Shown: positions 11,801-23,984, counted from the whole stretch's first letter. The stretch: DNA of 53,548 nucleotides, filler included, from Diploschistes diacapsis (GCA_023645945.1; 4 parts of 4 records of this genome joined end to end with filler, not necessarily neighbours in it), one strand, 5' to 3'. Numbers and translations: made by a program. Notes: a model not told the origin generated them from the sequence alone.

Positions 11801-13324
11801 AACTGATGAAAGACCCACGGGCTAGCCCCGAAGAGCTTGCGACCTGGGATATCAAGCAGCTCGCCCTGAAGTTAACGGCAAACTCCATGTACGGCTGCCT
11901 TGGATATACGCAGTCACGATTCTACGCTCGACCATTGGCCATGCTCACGACTTTCAAAGGCCGAGAGATTCTTACAAGCACCAAGGATCTTGCCGAAAGC
12001 TCTCAGCTTCGCGTCATCTACGGCGACACGGACTCGGTCATGATCAACACGAACGCAGACAGCATCGAAGAAGCACTCAAGGTCGGAAATGAGTTCAAGC
12101 GCTCCGTCAATGACCGGTACAGACTCCTGGAGATCGACATCGACAATGTTTTCCGCAGGCTTCTTCTCCACGCAAAGAAGAAGTATGCCGCAATCAACCT
12201 GCTCGAGGTGGACGGCAAATATGTCGAGAAGCTCGAAGTTAAGGGGCTGGACATGAAGCGACGAGAGTACTGCGCTTTGTCTAAAGAGGCGTCTTCCCGT
12301 CTTCTGAACGAGATCCTATCCGGCGAGGACCCCGAAGTCGTTATCACCAAGATCCACGAGTATCTACGCGAACTCTCGCAGCAGATGCGCGAAGAGAAGG
12401 TGCCAAACCAGAAGTATATCATCTACACCGTAAGTCCTCCGCCTTTAACCCTCCCTTTCCTTCCCCGCCCAACCCACCACGGCTCCTCTAACACCCTCGC
12501 AGAAACTAGGCAAAGACCCCCGCGCCTATCCCAACCCCGACAGCATGCCCCAAGTCCAAGTCGCCCTCCGTGCCCTCGCATCTGGCAAATCCGTGCGCGT
12601 CAACGACGTAATCTCCTACATCACCTGCCTCCCCTCCTCCGGCCCTTCCACTACCGACTCCAATTCCACCTCCGACGCCCCCAAAGCCACCACCCCGGCC
12701 CACTCCATCGACGCCTCAACCCCCGCCCCCAAACGCGCCTTCTCCCTTCTCGACGTCTCCAAATCCGCGGGCACCCTCAAACCAGACATAGACTGGTACC
12801 TTACCAAGCAAATCTTCCCCCCAATCGAGCGCCTCTGCGCCCCCATCCCCGGCACAAACTCCGGCCAACTCGCCGAATGCCTCGGCCTGGACGCCCGCAA
12901 ATTCTCCTCCTCCGCCGGCAGCTCCTCCGGCGCCTTCGGCACCGGCGCGGCCTGGGACATGCAGCCCCTCGACTCGCAGCTGCCAGACAGCGTGCGGTAC
13001 CGGGACTGTCCCCGGCTCTCGCTGCGCTGCCTGAGCTGCAGGGAGCCGTTCATCTGGGAAGGGCTCGCCAGCCCCGCGAGCAAGGGCTACGCGAGTCCGC
13101 GCGGTCTGCGCTGTCCGAGGCCGGAGTGCGGGGCGGGATTGAAGACGCTCGCGCTCGTGGCGCAGGTGGAGGCGCAGGTCCGCGGGTTGGCGGGCCGGTA
13201 CTATGACGGCTGGCTGGTGTGCGACGAGCCGACGTGCGGCGCGAGGACGCGCAGCATGAGCGTTTACGGACATCGTTGTTTGGGGCCGGGCGGGTTGGCG
13301 AGGGGGTGCTTGGGTAGGATGGAG
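8809..13324 (+). CDS. POL1: DNA polymerase alpha catalytic subunit, 3' end lost in assembly gap. Exons 8809-9085, 9138-9247, 9297-10080, 10128-10310, 10360-11651, 11699-12429, 12503->13324
   Basis: N-terminal [16 protein letters not shown]; family B motifs [35 protein letters not shown]-terminal Zn-binding CxxC motifs; six GT-AG introns restore frame. Confidence 0.97.
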
Positions 13325-13424
13325 NNNNNNNNNNNNNNNNNNNNNNNNNNNNNNNNNNNNNNNNNNNNTTAATTAATTAANNNNNNNNNNNNNNNNNNNN
13401 NNNNNNNNNNNNNNNNNNNNNNNN
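13325..13424. other. Assembly gap with artificial six-frame-stop linker
   Basis: N44-TTAATTAATTAA-N44, identical to the other two gaps. Confidence 0.97.
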
Positions 13425-13968
13425 GGGGAGGAGGTGTTGAGGAGTGCGGTTTGAGTTTGGGTTCTGGGGTTCTGCGAGTGCCGCTGTAGCGTGGTTGCTG
13501 GATGGGATGTGCGAAAGTCGAACGGGTGGTTCTATGGGCAGCTGGTGTGGCCCGCTTCTGGTGACATCATAGAAGTAAAGTTTTCGCCAGATTTTCATCT
13601 GTTGATGGGTTGTGGGCTGCTACGCAAGGAGTCACTAAGAACTTCGAACACTTCAGCCTTTATATAAAGCTGCTGCTATCAGTCGATCGACGTTGGTAAC
13701 TCAAGGTCCCGAAGTCAGGTGGCGATGATCATTGCCCCCTATTTTGGGAATGACAAGCGAATACGCAGCCAGGACGATGACGCCATAGTAGGCTAGATAC
13801 CTGTACAATGCGATGCTGACCCAGATGAGACGGTTGGGGATATAACCAACACGTATCTTGAATCGGAAATAAGGGTTATCGAGTGAACAGAGAATCGCAT
13901 CGATCTTCAGTAAAAGCTCCTTTATAATACGGTAACGCACTGCAAAAATTACCATATTGTGTAACAGG

Positions 13969-14491
13969 ATGCCTGGCGCAGTACACGTTACAAAGGCCGC
14001 GGATATCAAGACCAGCGGAGGACAGACAGAGGGCATGATACGGCAGAATGCCATTGTAGATCTTGCAGACAACATCTGCGCATCTGGTAAGTCCCCTTCA
14101 CCCCTTTGCCTACCCGTATTGCTGATCCGGACCACCCATAGTCATGCTGGCCAAGCCTCACACTGGCAGTGCAGTCCATCACCATGGCGAAGAAAGTAAG
14201 TGCCTTCCATAGCCAATCTACCCCTAATCTTCTCCGACTAGGTTTCTTTATGACGTTGCTTCGATGTTAAATGTTCTAGATACCATCGTGTACGCCGTTC
14301 GAGGTCGCGGGACCGTCGTCAGCGAAGGCGGCAAGAAGCGACAGATTTTGGATCCAGGAGATTTTGCGCTGATCCCTGCCTATGTGGAGCATCAGGAAGT
14401 CAACGATGGAGACGTGGAAGTACTGTGGATCATTACGCGAAGCGGCAAAAGTCCTACTGTTGAGAATCTGGAGGACTGGGAGAAGAACTGA
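13969..14491 (+). CDS. Small RmlC-like cupin protein. Exons 13969-14086, 14142-14195, 14280-14491
   Basis: Spliced product MPGAVHVTKAADIKTSGGQTEGMIRQNAIV...VMLAKPHTGSAVHHHGEENTIVYAVRGRG...LDPGDFALIPAYVEHQEVN matches the two cupin motifs (HxH..E; GD...P....H...N). Confidence 0.85.
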
Positions 14492-14819
14492 GAAGGAAGT
14501 TTCCATGACCTGGTTGTGGTATCATAGGAGCATTTTAGTGGGCCAGTAGTTGGGTTTGGATAGGCTGGGTATCCGTCATTACCAGCTGAAATACGCCGAA
14601 GCATTCAGTAAGCTTCTGTATCTGACAAGATCCTCAGTTGCTCGTCGTTGCGTAAACGGTGTGAATACTGGAAGCAGTGTTTCCATTAAACCCCAGTCGC
14701 GTAACCTGCTTGGCCATATTTAGCCCTCTTAAAAGTGCTGGTAGCCGTTGAGAGCACATGGTAAAGGTGGAGGATCACGGCAAGCTCCATCTACGCTTTC
14801 TGATGTTCGCCACTAAGCT

Positions 14820-15512
14820 TCAGTGACTGCTATCAGCTTCCGAGGCCATCTGTTCTCTTGGATCTCCTACCGTGCCATTCGTACCATCTGCATTCATTTC
14901 ACTATTCTCGGCCACGTCTTCTTCTTTAACATCCATACTCGCTCGCTCGTTCCCAGCACCGACTAGCCAGCTAGCTACCTCCTCTTTCTGAGCTTGCTCC
15001 GCTTCAAACGCCGCATCGTGACCAGCAGCGTTCTTCACATCCACGTCGGCACCGGCATCCACCAAGGCCTTGACAGCTTCTAGGTGTCCGTTCAACGCTG
15101 CCCAATGAAGTGGGGTATTTCCGCTCTTATTGACCAGGTTGATCAACGCAGGTGGCGCAGCTGACGACGCAGAGAGCGCAGGGGTCGAGGTCGAGGGTAC
15201 GGGTGTCAGCGACAGGATCAGCTTGATTATTTCTGACGTGAGAGTTAGTTCAGCTAAGGTGTAGTACTGATTACAGAAAAGAGATAGCCCAGGACCGAAC
15301 CCACCTGTATGCCCATTTGCCGCTGCCATGTGCAGCGAACTGTTTCCCGAGTCGGCATCTATGGCAGTAGCGAGGATGTCATGCGGCGGTGCAGCGAACT
15401 CTTTCGAAGCTTCGCCAAGTGTAACCTGCAAGGCCTCGGAGTCTGCAGTGCGGCTGAAGTATAGTAAGTCGTCAATCATTGATTCGGAGATTTTTGGGAA
15501 GGGCGGCATCAT
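14820..15512 (-). CDS. YAR1: Ankyrin-repeat protein, Yar1-like (Rps3 chaperone). Intron 15304-15233
   Basis: IDDLLYFSR N-terminus, two ankyrin repeats (GNSSLHMAAANGH; GNTPLHWAALNGHLEAVKALVDAGAD), KNAAGHDAAFEAE, acidic tail. Confidence 0.8.
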   Translation of the reverse strand: MMPPFPKISESMIDDLLYFSRTADSEALQVTLGEASKEFAAPPHDILATAIDADSGNSSLHMAAANGHTGGFGPGLSLFCNQYYTLAELTLTSEIIKLILSLTPVPSTSTPALSASSAAPPALINLVNKSGNTPLHWAALNGHLEAVKALVDAGADVDVKNAAGHDAAFEAEQAQKEEVASWLVGAGNERASMDVKEEDVAENSEMNADGTNGTVGDPREQMASEADSSH

Positions 15513-16146
15513 GGAGACGTGTAGCATCAGATGCCCAATCAGGAGCCAACAGAACTACCCGATGGTAAATCCGCAGACAAGATGAATCCGAAATTGATAC
15601 TAACTTCCATCCATATTAATAGTGACTATGATATAACACAAAGTGAAGGAAAATTATTTAGTGGAATGATGCACGAAATGACGTCCAGCACGATCCAACT
15701 GTTAACGCACACCATTTCTTGCTTAATCCCTAGGAGGGTGGGGGAGGATCACACTAACACCTGGGACCGTGCTGAATGATTGACGTCCCTGCATAACTGC
15801 CCAGTGACGACTTCAACGAGCACTGTGTTGCTAACGAAAAAGTTCTCTAGCTTAATCTTACCGTACTCTGGGGTGCACAAGAAGCTTGATACATTATCAA
15901 TACTTCGAAAAATTGACCGTATGTTCTCGGTGGGATGGAGATGTAGGACTTGACTCTACTTCCCGCGAGCTGGGGTGAGAGAAGCCAGATCAATCCCGAC
16001 ACAGCTCAGATGGAGAACCCTACATATCTCTTAAAACGGGACTTCACCCAGTGCGGACCGATGTAGACGCCAAAAGGTGATCTAATATATACCGAGACAA
16101 TCAATCTTCCCTGCTGTTATCCATACAATCTACCTGGTACATCTAC

Positions 16147-18152
16147 TTAACTCGTTGCCGCTACCACCGTCCTTCTTCCTTTCCCTTCCCTACCCTCCGA
16201 CCACCTACACCACCACCCATACCCCGCCGCTGCCACGCTCACCCCGGCAAAGCTCCCGAGCGCAAGCCACTGGAAGTCCTCCTGCGCATGCCAGATCGCG
16301 GCGCTGGTCCAGTGGACGAGGCCGAAACAACTGACGACCGCGAACTCGGAGCCAGCAAAGGCACCGCGTCGCGAGGCCGGGATGAGCGTCTGTGAGAGCT
16401 GGGTGATGGAGAGGTCGTATGTCCAGCGGCCGAGCATGGATAGGGAGAGGAAGGCCAGGAGGACGAAGCTTGTCGGGGAGAGGTATTGCGCTGGTGGGGT
16501 GCTTGACGGTGGTTGGAGCGAGGTGGTTAGAAAAAAGAGAGCGATGAGGGAGGGGATCTTGAGGTAGAGAGTCAGTAAACTTAGCGTCGGCATGCGGCTA
16601 AGATGTAAGGAGGGTAGAGGTGTGAGAAGGGAGGGGGGTTTGGGGTGATGAAGCCCGTGCCGTCGCACACGATAAATGTTGATATGTACGAACAGTGAGT
16701 GCTGAGATTGAACATCGTCCGAAACTCACCAAAGAAGCAAGGTGACTGCAAAAACTCCAAAGTGCTACTTTTGCAACGGCAATGTCGGTGACATTGCTTG
16801 AGATCTTCATTTCCTCGTCTTTGACGTTCTCTACATTCCTTCGAACTACAACAACAACATCATCATCATCATCCTCATTCTCAGAAAGTGCTGTGCGCTC
16901 ACGCCTCGAACTTACCGTTGGTCCGTCGCGGACCGGCGCGTAGCCTGATCCATTGCTCGAAGCGAGCATACTGACGGCAAACGGGAAGACGACGGTGCTG
17001 CCCATCTCAAACACGGACCCGCTGGCTCTCGCGACCGTGACGAGGTTGATGGAAAAGCCAGCGTTGAGAAGCCACGTGGTGATTGTGTTCCCGTAGTTCA
17101 GGACCGAGGCGTGGAGCATCGCGACGCCCAAAGCCGGAATCCAGAGTGGTGATTTGAAAAAGTAGCTGAGGTTGTCAAAGTTAGACTGCAGTGAGCCCCT
17201 CAGGAGTATGAGTATGCTGGCCGTTGTCCTCCGCAACAAGAAGCATGGTTGGTTAGAGTGCGTGCGATCTGACTGCCTCTGCATGCCAACGTTTTCGTCC
17301 TCTACCATGGACAGGTCATGGAGTTGAAACGATGCTTCATCGCTCGAAGGCCCTTCCTTGGGTGCCCTGAGTCGCGGCTGCCGGGCCCATACCTGATGCG
17401 CGCACCAGCGTTCAACGCCCCAACTCACCAGACTGAAGGTACCAATTACCACAACCGAGTAGGCAGGAGAGATTGCAGAGATGATGGGGGCAACCGCCAG
17501 CGGTGCGCACAGCTTGCACACAATGTCAATACGTCTCATGGCGGTGTTGAGATGGGTCAGATCAAAAGGAACCTTGGTCATTATGCTTGGGTTCTCGGAT
17601 GCAACAGTCGGGACCCAGTCCCTCTCCATGGACACAAGATTTATCAATTTGGAGGCTTTCTCGACCATCCCGAGGAGCAAAACCAAAGCGAAGAGCAACC
17701 GCTTGGGTGTTCCATCCCGAGATGAGTGTATAAAGAACCAGGTTAGGCATGAAAGAGCAACCATTATTCGATTAGTGGCAATGGAGATGAGCAAGGTGCG
17801 CAGTCGCGAAGGGCTCCGATCTACCCAGGCACCAAGTGGCGCAGAGAAAAGTAGGGCAAAGGAAGTATCGACAATGCCACTAAACTTGAATTAGAAATTG
17901 ATGTCCGCACACGACAAACAAGAGACGTACTTGACGGAGGATGCAGTCAAATCGCCAGGGAAAGCTCTTTGGACAAAAATAACCTATGCGAAACTGTCAG
18001 AAGTTCCGTTCACAACGTTTTGCTGGGGATGGAGAGCCCAAGAGCCTTACAGCGGCATACTCGTACAGTCTCGAGTTCCACATGGATAGGAAATGTGAAG
18101 CAAACAAACAGTAGGCCTCATGGTCGCTCAGCCTGGCGGGAGCCATATCCAT
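16147..18152 (-). CDS. Ferroportin (SLC40/FPN1) family metal transporter. Exons 18152-18051, 17983-17931, 17879-16730, 16557-16147
   Basis: Family signatures SHFLSMWNSRLYEYA, GAWVDRSPSRL, SMERDWV, LNTAMRRIDIVCKLCAP, GRWTYDLSITQLSQ; multiple TM segments. Confidence 0.9.
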
Positions 18153-18212
18153 GGCGCAAGGGATTGGATGTTGAAGTCTCCTGGTTTCGGCGGCGAGGAA
18201 ACCATACCGGTG

Positions 18213-18233
18213 TATTATTATTATTATTATTAT
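18213..18233. repeat. (TAT)7 microsatellite upstream of the ferroportin gene
   Basis: tattattattattattattat read directly. Confidence 0.85.
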
Positions 18234-19049
18234 AATTAAGATTATCCAGGCCGAAGCTTCAACGTGAAGGTTAATATACAGAGTAGTAAGTAATACAGAG
18301 AGCAGTGCATGTTGGGCGGACTCACACTAAATGCTTACGTGAGTCAACTAGTATCTAGCCCTCGAGTCCTCGACGCTGCTTTCACTTTCAATATCTATAT
18401 TAATCCCAAATCTACTGCAACTGCAACTGCTACTGCTACTGCAACCCCCCCTCCCCCGGCCCCCTCATGCGTTGGTAAAGGTTTTCGTTAAGTCTTTGCG
18501 ACATGGTCCCTGATGCTCGGGCTCTGATGAATAGAACATCGGTTGTGCCCGCTCCATGCGCTGGAGCTGGAGTGCTACTGGGTGTTGCTATGTCGTACCG
18601 TCCCCTCCCAGAACGTGGAATGAGGTAGCATCGCGGCACTTCTAGGCCCAATGGTTTGGTCAACCAACTCCTGTGCGTGCCACGTTCTACAAGGATGGCT
18701 TTACGTTGGATAGCCCCCAGCCCGTGTCTAATGGACCAGTGCCCAGAGCTTAGAGCGTAAGGATTAGTGAACATTATTCAGTCACCAGTCTGATTGTGAA
18801 GCAAGACCCAATGGTAACCGCTTACTGAAGTACATTAAAAGTGATGGTGCTAATAGTAGGACATGCATGGAGATTGTGTGCTGATAGGAATTACCTAGTC
18901 GGGTTTCGCAATGGGAGACAGAGGCTAGCCCCCTCAGCTATCCTCCCCCGTCCTGATATCTGCCCAGCTGCATCCCGCCTCGTTTCTTCGATTCTCTTAG
19001 CCCAGCTCCGAATGTACATGTCCTCGAGCTTTTGGAGGCAACCATCAGG

Positions 19050-20435
19050 ATGGCAACCAATGCGCAATGGGTCAACGATATCGTCGTGGTAAGTAGGATA
19101 TATAACCTGTCTCTTCGCCAAGAGTCACGACGTCTCAGAAAAGGCTGCTGCTGATGTGCATAGAACTGGGCCTTGACGGCGACGGCTTGCGTACTCACCA
19201 TAGGCCGGTATGTCATCCGCTACGTATACGCCCAGAAGCTGTACTGGGACGATCTGGCTCATTTCATCGCGCTGGCGACGCTCATTGCCCACGGTGCTAC
19301 CAATCAAGTCACGCTCAAACGCAAAGCAGATGTCGCTGCGGCTGTCAAGGCCCAGGTGCCTGCAGATCAGTTGCTGGCCATGTATCAGCACCTAGTAGCT
19401 TTGGACAGGGGAAACAACTGCTTGCTGTATCTCGTCTTCTGGGAGGTCAAGGTTTCCTTCCTGCTCTTCTATAGACACCTCTTCCACACCAACAGACGCT
19501 TCAACATTGTGTGGTGGATAGTTCTTGTCATCACGGTGTGCCTCGTGTGGGCACCGTTAGGAGGCGTTCTCAAAACCTGTGCGGGCCAGTCGACGTTGGA
19601 GGGATACGGTTAGTACAGACCTTGAAAATCCAGACTCGTGTTTCATCATTGACACCGGATCAAAGAGCATTGCAACAGCGCCACCCCAGACAGAATCACG
19701 AAACTCATCTATACATGCGCGGTCAATGTCGGGACCGATCTCGCTATCATGGCGCTCCCGTTTTGGATGCTGCGCGAGCTCAAAGTGCGGACCAAACAAA
19801 AGGTTGGCCTCGCCATCCTCTTCTCAATCGCGCTTTTCACCGTCGCCCTCGACATCGTCCGAACGGTCGAAGCTATAGCTGGAAAGCAAGATTTGTACAC
19901 AATTCTCGAGCTGAACTTCAACGTCATCGTCTCCTGCCTGCCATCTTACCGAGCTTTGCTCAAGATTAATCAACGGAAAGCTACGAAGAAGAAGTATCGC
20001 GGTCCATCCGCAGGCTACAGCGGCGATAGCTATGGGGGTCCCTCAAGGCGTGGCCGCAAGGGAAGCATACCCTGGCTCAATAGGGGTCGAAGTAGAAGTA
20101 CCGCAGGGGTTTTGGATGAAGCTCATTTTGGTGCTTCCGCTGGCATGCGGAATGGCAACAAAGCGCGAGATATTGAACTGAACTCCTCGGCGCTGAGATC
20201 GCCGAGAGGGGCGTCGGGCAGCCAAGGGGCCAGGCCAAAGGATCCATATGCAATCGAGTCCGAGAGCAGGACAAGTCTTGTGGATCCTAAGAGCTCGACC
20301 ATAAAATCTACGGCAGAGGAGGCGGAGAACCCCCCAACAAGCCGTATGATGAACGAGACGAAGCAACACAGCGATCGAGACTCGACGGAGATCTGGGACT
20401 CGCATCGGCACGAGTTGCCTGGGGAGGTATGCTGA
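19050..20435 (+). CDS. PTH11-like (fungal rhodopsin-domain) integral membrane protein. Exons 19050-19088, 19164-19608, 19666-20435
   Basis: GRYVIR..KLYWDDLAH, VKVSFLLFYRHLF, NVGTDLAIMALPFWMLRELKVRTKQKVGL, ELNFNVIVSCLPSYR are typical of this 7-TM family; no CFEM domain seen. Confidence 0.85.
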
Positions 20436-21699
20436 TCCAAGGAGGTAGGCAAAGTACTTGGGCAATTATACTCCAGGCGCTCCTTTGTGTGTGAAGCCAA
20501 AGTGGGATATCGAATTCTTGTACGTAAAAAGTCTATTTGCGGCTGTCAATAGTCTTTAATAAAACGGCCCTACAACTTCCTCTGCAAACCTCAGTATATA
20601 AAAGAGCAAGACGCTTCAGCATCCTTGCATATATATAATGTTTCTTATGCGAATACGGTCCATGGAGGCGATCGCGCCATCCGAAAACAGATGACTGACT
20701 GTGTGGCTTGTCTGCGAGGATAAAATCACATCCAAGCCTGCTGGGGCTTAATGTAATTTTCAAGGGCGATGGATGATTCCAACAATAGTCGAATACAGCA
20801 AAGGCCTTTTCAACTTCTGCTTTATTAACCGTGATGATCAACGTTGGTTGTTTGACGGACTATCTTGTCATGGGTTATCCGGCCCACTCCAAATCACTTA
20901 CCGCCAGTTTATTTTTACCAAATTTTCAATATGCCGCGTTCGTCAGTAAGCTGCGCTCTCACTCGATTCGAACTGTGTGTGTTTTTTTCCTAAAATTATT
21001 TTATCCGCTTCTGGAAACGTTGTGCCGATATGTATAGTGTTGGGGGAAGCAAAAAGCTCTTATGCAAGATAGTTACGTTGAAATCGGATTAAGTAAGCTC
21101 GTTTCATGCCCGTGCCCAGACGCTAGTACCTTGCACCAAATCGACACGGGACTAGCACCGACACCTGCAGCTGCTCAGCTGAACCCCGTGCTCCAGGCCG
21201 ACCTGAACTGAACACAGTCAGTCATGCATTCTGCCTGCCTTGCTCAGCACTCGTGACGTTTAATTAAATTATTTATTAATTCTCCGTAATTCATCGTGTC
21301 TAACTATCTAACGGAAAGCTACATAAGAGCCCTGGTGCTGTGCGAATAGGATTTCGTCAACCAGGATGTATGTGGAAACACCATAGCAACTATATATATA
21401 TGAGAAAAACGAGTATTGAAAAACTCCGAGGGCAAGCCAAGCCCAGCCCCTAGAAGCTCTTGATGACAAGCACTGTTGGCTATCCACGCTCCTCCCAGGC
21501 CCTTCCCTGATGCGATGCTCATAGCTGACACACAACCAAGCCAGACCAGTCTGTGCGAGAGCAGCTTCTACAGCTCACAAATACTGACTCTTTTCCACGG
21601 CGACTTTGGCCAAAGTAGATACCCACAGCTAGCAGCCTTCCGCACGTGCTTGTATCTCACTCCATAGCTCTTCAATCAGACGGCAAAGCACCACAGAAC

Positions 21700-23631
21700 T
21701 CAGAAAAGTAGAGGTCGCACTGCCAGCGCGAACCACATTACACCAAAGGGAATGACAAGTGTAGCGCAAGTATTGTCGATAAAGCTAAGCGCCGTGCACA
21801 ACGTACATACGGCCGCAATAGCGCCAAAATACAGAAACCAGATCCTGGCTCGGCGATTGCGGTAGACGGTTTGCTCGGTCATCTTGAGTACGATGAGCCC
21901 GGCGAGCACAAGATCAACGATGAAAGTCTCGTGCGGCGAGAGGCGCAGGAAAAAGCCTGTGAAGTAGGCATCACCTGAGAAAGCGCGCCAGTGTATGACA
22001 TGCGCGACCACGACGGCTAGACAGAAGGCAAGGATGCAAAAGTCGACGAGCATGGGCCATTTGCGCAGCGAGAAGGCGGCCGTGGTGGCGCTGACGGCAA
22101 GGGTGAGGCGCGCAATGATAGTAGCCAAGAGTGGGAGCAGCAGGGTTAGCGCCATTAGAGGCAGGGAGATGGCCCAGAAGGTTGAGGTGTGGGTCGAGCC
22201 GGCTAGCAGCTCGACTGTGTTCATACCTAGATAGGATGTCACGAAGGATAGGGGCACGTAGATGGCAACTAGGAATTGAATCACGCCTGCTACCTGGGCC
22301 TGCTTGAGCTCCTCGAGGAATTTGGCCTCGTTCTGACTAGCTGCGAGCCTTTCCGAGAGTTCCTTAAGCGAACGAAGCACGAAGGCACCGTCATGGAGCA
22401 GGGCTTCACGACGCTTGCCGTAAAGGTCCGGATCGCCAATCGTGCCGAGCTGTCTGAGATGATTCATTCGGACCTCGGTGTATCTCAATGATACGTCGGC
22501 GTGGTCTTTTAGCCACAAGAAGAAGAGACAAACACTTCGTCCAGGGTGGTCGCGGCACTTCACGAGGACTTCGTCAATCTTCGCGTAGGCCTGCTCCACA
22601 AATTGGAGGGACTCCTTGTTGATGAGCTCGTGGACCGAGAATAAGACGAGACATCGATGTAATGAGATCCTATGGACGTTGCCTGGGCTGGTACTAATGG
22701 GATGTAAAAGGTTCTTATCAGAGCCTCGAAGGATTTCTTTGAACCTGAGGAGTGCTCTTGATGATTCGAACAACATAACTAGATTACGTTGCCCGCTAAA
22801 CATTTCCTGGTCAGAATACTGGATTCTTTCCAAGATAGGCTTCGTGTTATACGGGCGCTCTGTATGGTAATTGACACGACTATATCCTCTCACAGCATAT
22901 GGCCACGCAAACTCCCAGAACATGTCATCAGATGTCGCCAAGGAAGGCTTTTGGGAAGGAAGATGGAATCGTTTAACGTCGACAGAGACCACTGCTTTAA
23001 TGGCATCTTTCATGATAGCGTCCGCGCATGGTCCATTTATATAGCGGCTCCACAAGAGAAAGTATGCGGACAAGGTTAAAGCCCAGAATCGTGGCTCAGA
23101 ATAGGCGGATAGTCGAAACAGGCGGCCATAGGAAAATACCTGCGAGAGCTCTGGTGCAGTCTTGCTCAGACAGCACAAGGCAATCGAATTAGGTTTCTTA
23201 TTCTCAACATTGCCCTTAATACGTTCGAAGAACTCTGAAACAGATAACGCCTTTAGGTCGTCGTCCGAAGTATAAGACAAGTCTATAGCAGCTTCAATAC
23301 CAAGATTGCTTGAGGGTTGACAGGAGGGTCCGACGTTAGCGAACCAGAAGAGGTTCTGAAATGTCCCTGCTGACTTCGAGCTCAGCGTATGGTAAATATC
23401 AGCCAGTGTAGTTTCCTTTAAGTCCCTTAAGAACGTTTCAAAATTATCGGGTTCGAGCAAGGCTTTGCGACGTTCGAGCCTCAGGAGTATAGAGTCTAGA
23501 ATGCTGTCACAATATTGCTGGTCCTGCGGCAAATGAGCGGCTCGGGGATTGCAACTTTGCAGTTGTCCATGTGCAGCTATGTCGCGGGAACGGGCCTTTG
23601 CAAGGAATGCTGATAAAGGTACACGAAGCAT
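21700..23631 (-). CDS. 643-aa protein with a C-terminal CorA-like TM hairpin plus additional TM helices
   Basis: Long uninterrupted ORF; QFLVAIYVPLSFVTSYLGMN resembles the CorA-type P..F.....GMN signature, followed by about 5 hydrophobic segments; N-terminal part unrecognised. Confidence 0.7.
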   Translation of the reverse strand: MLRVPLSAFLAKARSRDIAAHGQLQSCNPRAAHLPQDQQYCDSILDSILLRLERRKALLEPDNFETFLRDLKETTLADIYHTLSSKSAGTFQNLFWFANVGPSCQPSSNLGIEAAIDLSYTSDDDLKALSVSEFFERIKGNVENKKPNSIALCCLSKTAPELSQVFSYGRLFRLSAYSEPRFWALTLSAYFLLWSRYINGPCADAIMKDAIKAVVSVDVKRFHLPSQKPSLATSDDMFWEFAWPYAVRGYSRVNYHTERPYNTKPILERIQYSDQEMFSGQRNLVMLFESSRALLRFKEILRGSDKNLLHPISTSPGNVHRISLHRCLVLFSVHELINKESLQFVEQAYAKIDEVLVKCRDHPGRSVCLFFLWLKDHADVSLRYTEVRMNHLRQLGTIGDPDLYGKRREALLHDGAFVLRSLKELSERLAASQNEAKFLEELKQAQVAGVIQFLVAIYVPLSFVTSYLGMNTVELLAGSTHTSTFWAISLPLMALTLLLPLLATIIARLTLAVSATTAAFSLRKWPMLVDFCILAFCLAVVVAHVIHWRAFSGDAYFTGFFLRLSPHETFIVDLVLAGLIVLKMTEQTVYRNRRARIWFLYFGAIAAVCTLCTALSFIDNTCATLVIPFGVMWFALAVRPLLF

Positions 23632-23984
23632 GGCCGTTCTTTAAGTAGTTGAGCTCCGGAGTAGATGTTTAGAGTGCAAGAATGATCAGGTTGCATGATG
23701 CTGGAGAAAGCATTGATTTCCCGCTTGCAGTTATTAGGTTCGACCAATTCCTCCTCTGCCTGCCACACACACAGCATTTCCGAAGAGCGTCGCAGCCTTT
23801 GCCCGTACGCACAGAATAGCATGCTTTATTGAGACAAGACAAAGTAGCATAGGTACCGCACTGGAGCTCGATTTAAAGGACTTCGGTTTCCATTTCCATC
23901 GCTGCTTGATCTTCCAAAAGTTCAGAGAAGTGCAAAGGGGTTGGTTGTAGGTGCATGAGTGACGGTGATGTGCAGCAAACAGAA

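Noticed and set aside
13369..13380. Palindromic TTAATTAATTAA repeated three times in the window (also 26792 and 40195)
   Set aside because: Always centred in N44 flanks; an artificial six-frame-stop scaffold linker, not biology
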